Shown here in pieces: positions 1 through 9,358 of a stretch of DNA of 64,000 nt; positions within the stretch are counted from its first letter, which is position 1; the number at the start of each line of letters is the position of its first letter. The notes under the pieces are model-generated. The model was given only the letters and a program-made list of their open reading frames with translations, did not search any database and was not told where the DNA came from. The DNA is from Endomicrobiales bacterium (lineage in GTDB: Bacteria; Elusimicrobiota; Endomicrobiia; Endomicrobiales; CAWCFT01). Made by a program: the position numbers and the translations under genes. The stretch spans positions 1-64,000 of the forward strand of contig CAWCFT010000005.1 of NCBI GenBank assembly GCA_963794945.1. The letters run 5' to 3'.

Positions 1-35
1 CACCGAAACTCACTATTTCTAATAATTTCTTTACT

Positions 36-1560
36 CTATGATAAAGCTTTTATTGTTTCTATTTTTTTTCTTAAATCTACACAGATTTTATCAACAATTT
101 CTTGGTTACTGTATTTCCACCTTGTCAATAATTTACCACAGCCATACCCCCAGTTTGTTTTTTCATTATTAAACCATCTCTTCATGACTTCTCTATCCGT
201 TAAATTTGCAGGGGCATTACGTAAAAAGACTTGTTTGTTATATCCGCCTAGATTTGCAGACCAAAATGTATCAGTTTCAGAACAATCCGTTTAGAAATTC
301 ATAAATCACATTTTCAGGCCGAACTACTCCGGGAAGAAACAATATACTTCTATTTTTCTTCATATCAATATCAGTAGACTTGTCGCCATCAAGTACTATT
401 AAACTCGTTTTAAATTCTGGGAAAGAACCCTTAAGAAGAGTTTGATAGAAATTTCCACTTGAATTAAAGCTACTAATTTTTAATTGCGCCTTTATGTCAG
501 ATGTAATGATACCCTTGAAGAATATTCTCGCTTCTTCATCTTCTAAATATGTATTGATTTTACTACTTGCCGGATTTCTGTAAGCCAAATGCTGTAAATC
601 AGCAATTATGCCATTTACTTGACTCTTTTCCTGACATACCTCTATTGTTCCTCTTGGTTTATGTAAATAAATAATTTCTGTAGAATAAAAAAATCTTTTG
701 TCAGCAGGATTCAGCATATACTTGATAATTTCAATTGAATGTGTAGTAAATATAACTTGCAAATCATAATCGGAGGCAGCTTTCTGTAATAAATTCATGA
801 GCTGGTATTGCGCAGCAGGATAAAGAGTTGTGTCTATTTCATCAATTAATAATATCCCGCCCGGGTAATCAGTTTTTAATTCTTCTTTTATTTTCTTAAA
901 GGAGAGCAATGCTAGTATTATTTGTGCAATATTATCTTGACCAGCTGAATTACCATATGCATCATATTTTTCGCAAACGGGCGCATAAATTTCTTTGTTT
1001 CTTGACTTGATATGTTGAGGCACTACTTTGTCATCCAAAACCAATACTCTATTATGCCAATCTAAATATAGCTTTTTATCATCATCCGATAATTTATTAT
1101 CCAATGAAAGCTGTATAGAATATTCACTTTCTTGTGCTAAGGGAATTAGTCTTTTTAATCCAAGGAAAATGACTGGACATTTAACTTTTCCTAGATATCT
1201 TTGGCGAGCACCTACGTCTATTCTAAATCGCTTATTTTTAGGAACATAACGTGAAACTGCCACTTTAGAAGTACCATCAGCAAAAATAATGGAATAAGAA
1301 TAGTGGGTATTGTAATCCTTAACGGGAGAAAATCTAAATACTTCTTTAAATTCAGTCTCAAACGATTTATTATCAATAGTTCTAATGATTACTTTTTTAT
1401 CATCTCGAAAAGCAAATATATGTCCGATAAGCCCCAAGAGTGACGATTTTCCTGTTCCATTTCCTCCAGCGATAACCGTAAGTTTATCACCTATTTTAAT
1501 ATTCTGAAGATTATTAAGGTGTCGAAAATTAGTGATTGTAAGTTGCCTAATTTTATTCAT
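36..1560 (-). CDS. ABC/AAA_21-type ATPase with C-terminal TOPRIM-like domain (OLD-like); C-terminus frameshifted
   Basis: Walker A GGNGTGKS, signature SAGQ, Walker B LLIDEID, H-loop FTTHS, then YLEDEEA...VLDGD. The ORF stops at 277, but coding continues in shifted frames (SETDTFWSANLGG...; ...IETIKALS*) to a stop at 36-38. Confidence 0.8.
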
Positions 1561-1643
1561 TTTTTACCCCTCACTTCACCAGATATTGATGCTTGTGTCA
1601 GTGGCAAATTAATGTTATTCGGTAAGTGCTTGAGGCTATTTGA

Positions 1644-2798
1644 CTAATCTAACAATTCATCATTTCCTATAATTTCTGTTCTGAACCGTTCAAATGAACC
1701 TTTTTTAGTGAACGCTATGCTATAGTTTTGAGAATTATTCTTATTTATAATTACACTGTCTAAACCAATCGTTTCTAAAGCCTTATAAGTAAGCAGTTCT
1801 CTTTTCCTTAAATTCAACACATCTCTAAGCAACCATTTGCCTAAAGCCGAGTTTGGATTACTCATTATTGCCTTATTATTGTCTTGGCATATTTTTGCGT
1901 TCATAACATCATTATTGGGAAGTTGTAAAGAAAAGGAAATATCCCTGCTCGGAAAGAATCTAGGAAATCTTCTATTTATCCACGATGGGATTGGAATGTA
2001 GACCTCATCCGGATCCCTAGGCCGACCAGACGCATTCCATTGATTAAGCCCGCTTTTTTCCGGTATAAAGTTACCGTCTTTATTTGTATGCGCATATAGC
2101 GGAAGTATTATATATTCACGCTCTTTTACAGTTTCAAAAACGGGTTTCAGAATATTATTCATGTTTAGTTTTTCAATAATAACAAAAGGATCAGCAATTA
2201 TTTTAACAGGAATTTCCATCTTAACATTTTGTGTTAAAAATCTTTTATATAGAGTGCTTTTTGAAATACTAAACGAGTATTCGTCTTTTCCATCACAAAA
2301 TGATATTGCATTGTTTTTTGTTTTTACATTTCTTATCTTATCACAATCAATATTATCCGAACTTGTCTCATAGACCATGATTTTTCCTGATTTTCTTGAA
2401 ACGCAATGATATATTAGATCACTAATTTTAAATATTCTTTTAGCAGCATCCTGCCTTGCATTTCTAAGTTCAGAGATCTTATATATTTTTTCTTCACCCT
2501 GAAGATTTTTAAATATATTATGATCTGCATTAAACTCAGCAATTTTTTGTAATGTATTGCCGTTGCCATCACGAAATGTTTTAATACCAACCCCCATTGA
2601 TCCTTTTGTAGCATCTGCAGGCGTATCGGAACGTGACCTGTTTTCAGCCTTAAAGGCTATACAAAATAGATTTTCGACAGATCTATAAACCAAGTATGGT
2701 TCAGGACTATCTGAAAATAGATTTGACAATGAACCGAGGATTTGGAGCATTTTGTGGTAATATTCAATCTGCTTTCTATCCTGACTTTCAAGAAACAT
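1644..2798 (-). CDS. Type II restriction endonuclease, NgoFVII-family-like (PD-(D/E)XK-like N-terminus, B3-like C-terminus)
   Basis: ADATKG..GVGIKTF putative catalytic motif; KSGLNQWNASGRPRDPDEVYIPIP C-terminal motif; overlaps the methyltransferase stop. Confidence 0.75.
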   Translation of the reverse strand: MFLESQDRKQIEYYHKMLQILGSLSNLFSDSPEPYLVYRSVENLFCIAFKAENRSRSDTPADATKGSMGVGIKTFRDGNGNTLQKIAEFNADHNIFKNLQGEEKIYKISELRNARQDAAKRIFKISDLIYHCVSRKSGKIMVYETSSDNIDCDKIRNVKTKNNAISFCDGKDEYSFSISKSTLYKRFLTQNVKMEIPVKIIADPFVIIEKLNMNNILKPVFETVKEREYIILPLYAHTNKDGNFIPEKSGLNQWNASGRPRDPDEVYIPIPSWINRRFPRFFPSRDISFSLQLPNNDVMNAKICQDNNKAIMSNPNSALGKWLLRDVLNLRKRELLTYKALETIGLDSVIINKNNSQNYSIAFTKKGSFERFRTEIIGNDELLD

Positions 2799-4014
2799 TT
2801 GATTTCTCCATTGCTTTTAGAATATTGCAAGCTATTCTACTGACAACCGGAACAGATACAGAATTCCCAGCCTGCTTGTATAATGCTGAATCGGGAGAGC
2901 TTTTTGGAAAAATGAAAGATGGAGGAAACCCCTGCATTCTTACACACTCCAGAGGTGTTAGCTTCCTTATCCCGTGCTTGTCCTTTATTATAGGAACGTT
3001 ATGTCCGCCTGTGCCCATATTGGCTGTTAAAGTAGGGCAAACCCCTTTCTTATTTGCTCTAACGTATTTTCTTCTCCATTGATAAACAGTCTCCATGGAA
3101 GTTATGCCTGAAACAATACGGGCAAAAAGCGGCTTATCATTGTAGTAATATTTATTTTCTACATTATGCTCCAGCAAATCTCTTACCGAATGCTCTAATT
3201 TGACTGCATCTGGGAATTCAAAAGATTTATATGCATTAAAATCCTTGAAACCAACTATGTACATTCTTTCTCTATTTTGCGGAACATCCCCATATTCCAT
3301 ACTATTAAGAACTTGCTCCCTAACATGATACCCCAATTTTTCAAGAGTATTTTTGATCGTGCTATATGTATTTCTATTGTCATGGGTTTGCAGGTTTTTA
3401 ACATTTTCGAGAAATACACACTGTGGATTCTTAGCTTTAATTATCCTTGCAATATCAAAAAAAAGAGTTCCGCGAGTATCGCTAAATCCGCCTCTTTTAC
3501 CTGCAATTGAAAAGGCCTGACAGGGGAAACCGCCTGTAAGCACAGTATGATCAGGGATGCGTTCGCTTAGAACCTTATCTGAAATGCCGACATCGGTAAA
3601 TTGTCTTATATCTCCAAAAGGAACTTCCCCATAATTTGCTTCATATGTTTTTTTTGCATTGCTGTCTATCTCACTTGAGAATACACACTTGCCACCAAGT
3701 TCCTGCAGAGCTATTCTAAATCCTCCTATGCCTGCAAACAAATCAATAAATGTAAATTTTGGTTTTTCAGGAGGAGGGAAAGGGACATCCCATTTTACCG
3801 GAAGCAATAATTGATTTGCGGTATAAGTAGATATATTTTCACTGACTTTGAAATAATTTTTTAAATACTTTTGTGCCTCAGTCTTAAAATACGATAATTT
3901 TGTATTTTCACGATTTTGAAGATAATGTGTGAGCATTGCCAAGCCATTCTCAATTTCATTATCCGTGTTAATCTGAAATTGTTTTTTTAGTTCTGAATAT
4001 TTCTTTCTTGTCAT
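2788..4014 (-). CDS. dcm: DNA (cytosine-5)-methyltransferase with ~85 aa N-terminal extension
   Basis: Motifs DLFAGIGG, GFPCQAFS, ENV, QNRER, YKQAGNSV. Confidence 0.97.
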   Translation of the reverse strand: MTRKKYSELKKQFQINTDNEIENGLAMLTHYLQNRENTKLSYFKTEAQKYLKNYFKVSENISTYTANQLLLPVKWDVPFPPPEKPKFTFIDLFAGIGGFRIALQELGGKCVFSSEIDSNAKKTYEANYGEVPFGDIRQFTDVGISDKVLSERIPDHTVLTGGFPCQAFSIAGKRGGFSDTRGTLFFDIARIIKAKNPQCVFLENVKNLQTHDNRNTYSTIKNTLEKLGYHVREQVLNSMEYGDVPQNRERMYIVGFKDFNAYKSFEFPDAVKLEHSVRDLLEHNVENKYYYNDKPLFARIVSGITSMETVYQWRRKYVRANKKGVCPTLTANMGTGGHNVPIIKDKHGIRKLTPLECVRMQGFPPSFIFPKSSPDSALYKQAGNSVSVPVVSRIACNILKAMEKSNVS

Positions 4015-4430
4015 TTACCATCCACCTTTCTTAAAGCGTATTTTAATAGCCTTAGAATTTTATTTGCATCTTTAGTCTGACATTCCCATATAACAACACT
4101 CGACCATCCTAACTTCTTTAGAGCTTTTCTGCTTTGACTAATTTTTGCAATATTCCTCGCAATTTTGTTTATCCAATACTTTCTATTAGTTTTAGGAATA
4201 TTTGACCTTTTACATCCTTTATGGCAATGCCAGAAACAACCGTTAACAAATACAACCAATCTGTATTTTCTTAAGACCAAATCAGGTTTACTTGGCAAAT
4301 TCTTATTATATAAAGAATATCTGTACCCTGCTTTATGTAATATTTTTCTAACACGCAGCTCAGGTGTTGTATTCTTTGAACGAATACGCGACATATTCCA
4401 ACTTCTGTGATCTTTTGAAATTGTATCCAC
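4011..4430 (-). CDS. vsr: Very short patch repair endonuclease
   Basis: RSWNMSRIRSKNTTPEL, PDLV, FVNGCFWH, VIWEC; overlaps the methyltransferase start. Confidence 0.95.
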   Translation of the reverse strand: MDTISKDHRSWNMSRIRSKNTTPELRVRKILHKAGYRYSLYNKNLPSKPDLVLRKYRLVVFVNGCFWHCHKGCKRSNIPKTNRKYWINKIARNIAKISQSRKALKKLGWSSVVIWECQTKDANKILRLLKYALRKVDGK

Positions 4431-4547
4431 TTTGATATTTAATTAAATAGAATATCTTTTTTTTCTCAAACTCGGTTTTGATCTGGCGCTCACGGGGTCA
4501 GGTCTTGACTCCTGCACTGTGTCACTGGCCTTCAAGGCTCGCAGCAA

Positions 4548-4569
4548 GGTTCAACTCCTCTTGGGGGCG
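4548..4569 (+). other. tRNA-like 3' fragment (T-loop plus acceptor strand), possible att site
   Basis: GGTTCAACTCCTCTTGGGGGCG with no matching tRNA 5' half next to it; lies at the edge of the AT-rich RM region. Confidence 0.5.
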
Positions 4570-4708
4570 TTAAAGAAATGCTGGTATCAAAATCAAACTG
4601 CTATAAGTGACGGTGTCAGGCTTTACTTATTGAACTAATTATTCCCCCGCCGGCGTACTTTGAGTGTCCATTTGTTTATTCAGTTTGTTGTTCATATTAA
4701 CAGAACAT

Positions 4709-5053
4709 CTACTTTTTCTCAAACTCGGTTCTGATCTGCTTTGCGGACGGCAGTATCTTGCGGAATTTTTCGGGCAAGTCCCGTGAAAGCTTGTACTCGG
4801 AAACGCCCATTGCTTCTAACGGGGTGAACTACTATCCCCTGTCCCGCGCGAGGGCTTCTGCCGCTTCTTTTGTACTAGCCCAATTGTGCAACAACCCGTT
4901 GCCTAATTGGTCAGCTATTTGCTGACTAATTGATAGCTTTTTGCAGTGGTGCTCCCATGGTATTTCTGCCACAGCTTGTGGCAGAAATTCAAATGTTTCT
5001 GCCACGGGCTTTGCCGGATTACCATGCCCGGCTAATTCACTCTTATTGTTCAT
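4709..5053 (-). pseudogene. DUF1016/YhcG PDDEXK nuclease remnants
   Basis: 4709-4810 reads MGVSEYKLSRDLPEKFRKILPSAKQIRTEFEKK* (typical C-terminus); ORF 4832-5053 contains PQAVAEIPWEHH (typical N-domain motif); the middle is missing. Confidence 0.65.
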
Positions 5054-5105
5054 GGTATCTTCCCCCAGTGACAGTGCATTTATTGCACATACTCAAATAC
5101 TTATA

Positions 5106-6164
5106 TTATTCTGCTATCTTGTAATAAGCGTTACGACCTTTACCAATAAGTATTATCAATTCAGCGCTGACCAATTTATTAATTTCTTTTAAAATTGCCT
5201 GGCGTGATGTGCCAAGCATTTCCCTTAGGTCTTTGTTGGTCAACTTGCCTTTCCCACGCATTTTTTCAAGTATCGATAGTTGTTTTTGCGTCAATTCTAT
5301 TTGTTCCCGTAAGCCGGCTTTCGGGAAAAGGCCTATTCTGGCTATTTGTTCCTTTGTCTTTTCAACCGAATACAAAACACCGTCGGTGAAATATTCAAGC
5401 CATTTTGTAATGTCTCCGTTGCCGTGCTGGACTGTCTTTAGCGCGGCGTAATATGAAGCTCTATCTTCATCATAATAGTCATCGAGAGCGAAGAATCTCC
5501 TGTGGTCAAAACCGCTTGTGTAAAATATCAGCGACGCCATGAGCCTTGCGGTACGTCCGTTGCCGTCAATAAACGGATGTATCCGCGCGACTTCATAATG
5601 AATGATGCCGGCCAAAATAACAGGATTTACTTTTTTTGCTTCTTCAGAGTTTAGCCAATCCAAAAAATCTCTTACAAGACCCGGGACGTCTTTTGTGTCC
5701 GGAGGCATGTATTCAACTATTTCCTTGAATCCCGTGCCGTCAAAAATACGCCTGCCGACAAATACCTGCCTATCGCGGAACACACCACAGTCCAGATCGC
5801 TCCTAAGTGTGTTCGTGGTGATGGTGTTGTGAATTTCAAGAAAAAGCGGAATGTCTATTTTTTCCTTTTTTGCGTATTTCGGCATGGAATCAAGAGCTTT
5901 AAGGTAATTGATAACCTCTTGTTTGTCCTTGGCGACAGCGACGATCTCCTTTCCTTCTGAAAGGTCCTTAACCTGCTGGATATTAAGCTGGTTCCCTTCA
6001 ATGCTTGTTGATGAATGGGCATTGCGGATACGTGCTTCTTTTTTTAGTTTTAGTTCCCATTTGGGGATCAGTTTGGAATGCTCAATAAATTCTCTGCCGG
6101 AGGATATACGAGAAATATTATTAAGTATTTTATGGGTAATGTGGTATTTTGATTTAAAAGGCAT
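5106..6164 (-). CDS. Fic family protein with C-terminal HTH
   Basis: HPFIDGNGRTAR Fic motif, STSIEGN inhibitory-type motif, C-terminal winged helix. Confidence 0.95.
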   Translation of the reverse strand: MPFKSKYHITHKILNNISRISSGREFIEHSKLIPKWELKLKKEARIRNAHSSTSIEGNQLNIQQVKDLSEGKEIVAVAKDKQEVINYLKALDSMPKYAKKEKIDIPLFLEIHNTITTNTLRSDLDCGVFRDRQVFVGRRIFDGTGFKEIVEYMPPDTKDVPGLVRDFLDWLNSEEAKKVNPVILAGIIHYEVARIHPFIDGNGRTARLMASLIFYTSGFDHRRFFALDDYYDEDRASYYAALKTVQHGNGDITKWLEYFTDGVLYSVEKTKEQIARIGLFPKAGLREQIELTQKQLSILEKMRGKGKLTNKDLREMLGTSRQAILKEINKLVSAELIILIGKGRNAYYKIAE

Positions 6165-6179
6165 GGTTCAAGTATATCA

Positions 6180-6215
6180 AATGACAACCTAAATGACAAC
6201 CTAAACGACAACCAT
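6180..6215. repeat. 3 x 12-bp tandem repeat upstream of fic
   Basis: AATGACAACCTA AATGACAACCTA AACGACAACCAT. Confidence 0.85.
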
Positions 6216-6274
6216 TATTAGTATTTTAAAAAGCCGACATAACGAGGCTTTGTAGAAATGGTATCAGGCTCAAA

Positions 6275-6541
6275 TTATTCCCCCGGCGGGGCGCTCTGGG
6301 CTTCGATATTGTTGTTTGCCTTGTTCGCTTTATCGACGGCTTCCTGAGCTTTGGCTACGGCATCGGGTAGGTTCTTAACTACTATTCCCTGCCCCTCGAG
6401 GGCTTTTTGGGATTCTTTATCCTGGCTCATTGGGTTTGCGAGGTACTTCTTAATGACCATCATGTAGAGCAGCGCGAGGATAACAACTGTTACTAATATC
6501 CCGATGAACGATGTGCCTTTTTGGCGGTTCTTGCTTCGCAT
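6275..6541 (-). CDS. Small protein with prepilin-like N-terminus
   Basis: MRSKNRQKG|TSFIGILVTVVILALL: basic leader, Gly, hydrophobic helix; no Glu at +5. Confidence 0.6.
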   Translation of the reverse strand: MRSKNRQKGTSFIGILVTVVILALLYMMVIKKYLANPMSQDKESQKALEGQGIVVKNLPDAVAKAQEAVDKANKANNNIEAQSAPPGE

Positions 6542-6554
6542 GGTCTTCACAAAA

Positions 6555-6617
6555 CCCTCCCTCACCTCAATCTCGCCAGAGGCGAGTCGCCTCCGGAGAC
6601 CTCTCCCATGTAGGGAG
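6555..6617. repeat. REP-like palindromic element
   Basis: CCCTCCCTCACC...CTCGCCAGAGGCGAG hairpin...CTCTCCCATGTAGGGAG. Confidence 0.45.
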
Positions 6618-6631
6618 TAAGCTAATCACCA

Positions 6632-7087
6632 TTACATCAACGGCTTTTCAACTGAGCCTTCGCGTGGAGGCAACAGCCAGTCGGTTTTACCGAACATCAT
6701 TTCTTCGTGGATCCATCTATAGGCGTCTTTGGTCTTGTGAAACATGACCGTTTTCAGGTCGCCGTCTTGATTATTGTTTATCTCGATGTAGGCTATAAAT
6801 ATCCTGACGAGAGCGTACTGCATGTTATTAGGGATGACAAGCAGATCGTAACACCCGCGGCGGGCCTTACTTTGGGCGCAAACGGCATCGGCAAGCTTTC
6901 TAACTTCGTCCGGTTTTAGGTTTACATCGGTGCCTTTTTCAGAGAAATCCCAGATGACGTACCTTGTAAGCGGGCCGCTGTAGTATTTGTCTATCTCGGC
7001 GCGTATGTCATCGTAACCGGCTACGCCGTGCACCGTGTAAATAGCAATGTTGAGCTCTTTGTTGATGTCCTTTGATATCGTTGCCAT
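6632..7087 (-). CDS. Hypothetical protein, SpoIIAA/STAS-like
   Basis: Start MATISK follows a GGGGGAAG RBS; VIWDFS and F...DAYRWI pattern. The longer ORF start lies inside the upstream repeat element. Confidence 0.55.
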   Translation of the reverse strand: MATISKDINKELNIAIYTVHGVAGYDDIRAEIDKYYSGPLTRYVIWDFSEKGTDVNLKPDEVRKLADAVCAQSKARRGCYDLLVIPNNMQYALVRIFIAYIEINNNQDGDLKTVMFHKTKDAYRWIHEEMMFGKTDWLLPPREGSVEKPLM

Positions 7088-7139
7088 TTTGCTTCCCCCT
7101 ATCTGTTTTATTAGACTTGTGGATGCGATGGTGTTCTTT

Positions 7140-7251
7140 ACCCCGTTAGAGAATGCCGCCAGCTCCCGCTGGCCGTTTGAATCCATGCTGTTAGATGACG
7201 GTGTAATGGTGCCATCTTTATTCGCGAAGCGCCCGTTGTCTCTAACGGGGT
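7140..7251. mobile_element. MITE-like element with 13-bp perfect terminal inverted repeats
   Basis: ACCCCGTTAGAGA ... TCTCTAACGGGGT; a lone end copy TCTAACGGGGT lies at 4815-4825. Confidence 0.7.
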
Positions 7252-7401
7252 TTACCAGGAATTATATCATTATTCATAGCCGGAAACAACTGCTGACCAA
7301 GGAAAATAGTCAGGGTTTTACGGATCGCGGTCAGCGGATTTTGGGGCTGATATTTATAAAATATCCGCATAAGGCAAATTTTCAAAAAGGAGGTGATAAA
7401 T

Positions 7402-7788
7402 ATGAATAAATTGATATCAATAGCGCTAGCCGGAGCCCTATCCACGCTTATCTGCGGCGCGGTGCTCGCTGACGATATGGGAATGGGTAAGGACAGCAAG
7501 ACGTCCATGGAGCAGAAGATGGCCAAAAAGCAGGCCGATAAGCTTACAATGATGACCAAGACCCTGTCGCTTACCCCGGACCAGGCTACTAAAGTATCCG
7601 ACATCCTCAAGGCTACCGGAGACCAGAAAAAGGCCATGATGATGAAGATGGAAGCCGATGAGAAGGCCATGCACGACTCTGAGAACTCGCAGATAAAGGC
7701 GATTCTTACGCCGGACCAGCAAACAAAGTATGACGCGATGATGATGGAGCACAAAAACAAGATGAAGGGTGAAAAGCAGAAGATGTAA
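7402..7788 (+). CDS. Periplasmic Met-rich LTXXQ (Spy/CpxP-like) protein
   Basis: AGGAGG RBS, signal peptide, two LTPDQ motifs. Confidence 0.75.
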   Translation: MNKLISIALAGALSTLICGAVLADDMGMGKDSKTSMEQKMAKKQADKLTMMTKTLSLTPDQATKVSDILKATGDQKKAMMMKMEADEKAMHDSENSQIKAILTPDQQTKYDAMMMEHKNKMKGEKQKM

Positions 7789-7804
7789 GCCCAGCAGCAG
7801 AACA

Positions 7805-7853
7805 AAAAGGCGGTTTATGGCCCGCGTGCCCGCGGGCGATAACCGTCTTTTTT
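7805..7853. terminator. Probable bidirectional intrinsic terminator
   Basis: AAAAAGGCGGTT...AACCGTCTTTTTT between convergent genes. Confidence 0.65.
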
Positions 7854-7862
7854 AGTTGGGGT

Positions 7863-8159
7863 TCAGGAGACCGGCGGAGGTTTGGCGGAGAGTCTTTCCT
7901 TGAAAACGATTATCTTCCACAGGCCGCCTTTCTTTTCTATCAGTATGTTGGTTATGCGCCCGGAGGAGATATCCGCGCCTACGAGCCCCTTGGAGGCGTT
8001 GCGCATTATCCTGACAAGGTTGTTGATCGGTTCCTCATCGGAGTAGCCGATGGTTTTGGTAAGCTTATCGTTGATTATGGCCGTAAAAAACACCTTGTCG
8101 GCCATGACCGAGTTGAGCCAGCGTAATAATAGTTGACGGGCTGAGCTTTGTTCTTCCAT
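7863..8159 (-). CDS. Hypothetical protein
   Basis: ORF preceded by an AAGGA RBS; no recognised motif. Confidence 0.5.
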   Translation of the reverse strand: MEEQSSARQLLLRWLNSVMADKVFFTAIINDKLTKTIGYSDEEPINNLVRIMRNASKGLVGADISSGRITNILIEKKGGLWKIIVFKERLSAKPPPVS

Positions 8160-8192
8160 ATTTTAACTTCCTTTACACTTAACTACGGGTTG

Positions 8193-8279
8193 GTCATCCC
8201 GATCCGCCACAGGCGGAGAGGGATCTTGTCCCTTACGGAAGGCCAGATTTCTCTACCGCCAAGGCGGGATCGAAATGAC
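8193..8279. repeat. GTCAT...ATGAC palindromic REP-like element
   Basis: GTCATCCCGA..GGGATCT / AGATTTC..TCGAAATGAC arms with inner hairpins; related copy at 9253. Confidence 0.7.
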
Positions 8280-8303
8280 AAAATATTAACTAAAACAAAC
8301 GGC

Positions 8304-8885
8304 TCAAACGCGGGGCGCGGAGCGAAGGAGCTCTTTGTAGCCTTCTTCCCCCAGGAACCCTTTGAGCTCCATCTTGCAGGTTTTATATATGGGCGGCGCT
8401 TTGCGGCTTTTGTTGTTAAGGCAGGGAAGGTTCTTCCATTTGTATATCGCGAGACGCTTGCCGATAAGATCGAAAGGGAATCCCCAGCAGCCTTCAGGCT
8501 TAAGCTGGTACTTCATGTTATGTGTTTTGCAGTATTTCTGCAGCACGCAGCCGCCCTTGTCGTTATAGCTGAGGAACACGCACCTGTTGCTCACGGTGCG
8601 GCAATAGTAGTGCTTGTGGGTAGGGTCCATGTCGAACCTCTTGAAAGCGGTGCCGACGCTAAAACCCTTTTTCTTTACCACCCGCACGGCTTCCTCGCGC
8701 ATGAGAGGGTAAAGCTTTGGCAGTAGCCTGGTTATTTTGTTTATCCTTATCTCGCCCATCATGCAGGCGTGCTGGCAGCAGGCGTGACGGCAGGCGCTGA
8801 GGTCGCACGGCGCGAACTTGCGGGTGAATATCTCTTTGGGAACACTGAAACCGTTGATGTTGATACTTGAGCTGGTCTTTTTCAT
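8304..8885 (-). CDS. DUF3109-like Cys-rich protein
   Basis: CDLSACRHACC, CVFL, CVL, KPEGCWGFP. Confidence 0.7.
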   Translation of the reverse strand: MKKTSSSININGFSVPKEIFTRKFAPCDLSACRHACCQHACMMGEIRINKITRLLPKLYPLMREEAVRVVKKKGFSVGTAFKRFDMDPTHKHYYCRTVSNRCVFLSYNDKGGCVLQKYCKTHNMKYQLKPEGCWGFPFDLIGKRLAIYKWKNLPCLNNKSRKAPPIYKTCKMELKGFLGEEGYKELLRSAPRV

Positions 8886-8921
8886 GATAAGCGCTTAACC
8901 GCCGCCGGCATGTGTTTTCTC

Positions 8922-9149
8922 TTACGCTCCGCGCTTGAATATGTTGGCCATTATCCACGCCCAGTTGAGGTATATGTGTGCTGCGGCAAGAGTGACCAAT
9001 ACATAACCGTTATACTTGTGCGTCTGCGCTATCTGCATCATGTAGTCGAGCCCGAAACCGTGCGCCATCGCGGCGCCTGTTGACGCCTGCACGGCTATCG
9101 ACAGGAACAACAGAGGGTTTATAATTTTCAATAAGGTGAATTTGGTCAT
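8922..9149 (-). CDS. Small two-helix membrane protein (DUF4405/cytochrome b-like)
   Basis: STG, THKYNG, HIYLNWAWI with conserved His residues. Confidence 0.55.
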   Translation of the reverse strand: MTKFTLLKIINPLLFLSIAVQASTGAAMAHGFGLDYMMQIAQTHKYNGYVLVTLAAAHIYLNWAWIMANIFKRGA

Positions 9150-9226
9150 GGGAACCTCCAACCTAAAAGCAATTTCTAATTTCTAAATCCTAATACAAAA
9201 TAATACCTAAAAATAATTTCTAAAAT

Positions 9227-9358
9227 GAGCTCATTGAAAAACCTGTTTTGCTGTCATTTCGACTGAAGGGAGAAATCTTTCTTACGTCGAAACCAAGATT
9301 CCTCTTCCCGCCTTGCGGGATTCGGAATGACAAGATTGAGGGGTTTATCAATTAACTC
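9227..9358. repeat. Nested palindromic element (GTCAT...ATGAC core 9253-9331 with outer inverted arms)
   Basis: Outer GAGCTCATTGAAAAACC / GGTTTATCAATTAACTC; core resembles 8193-8279. Confidence 0.65.
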
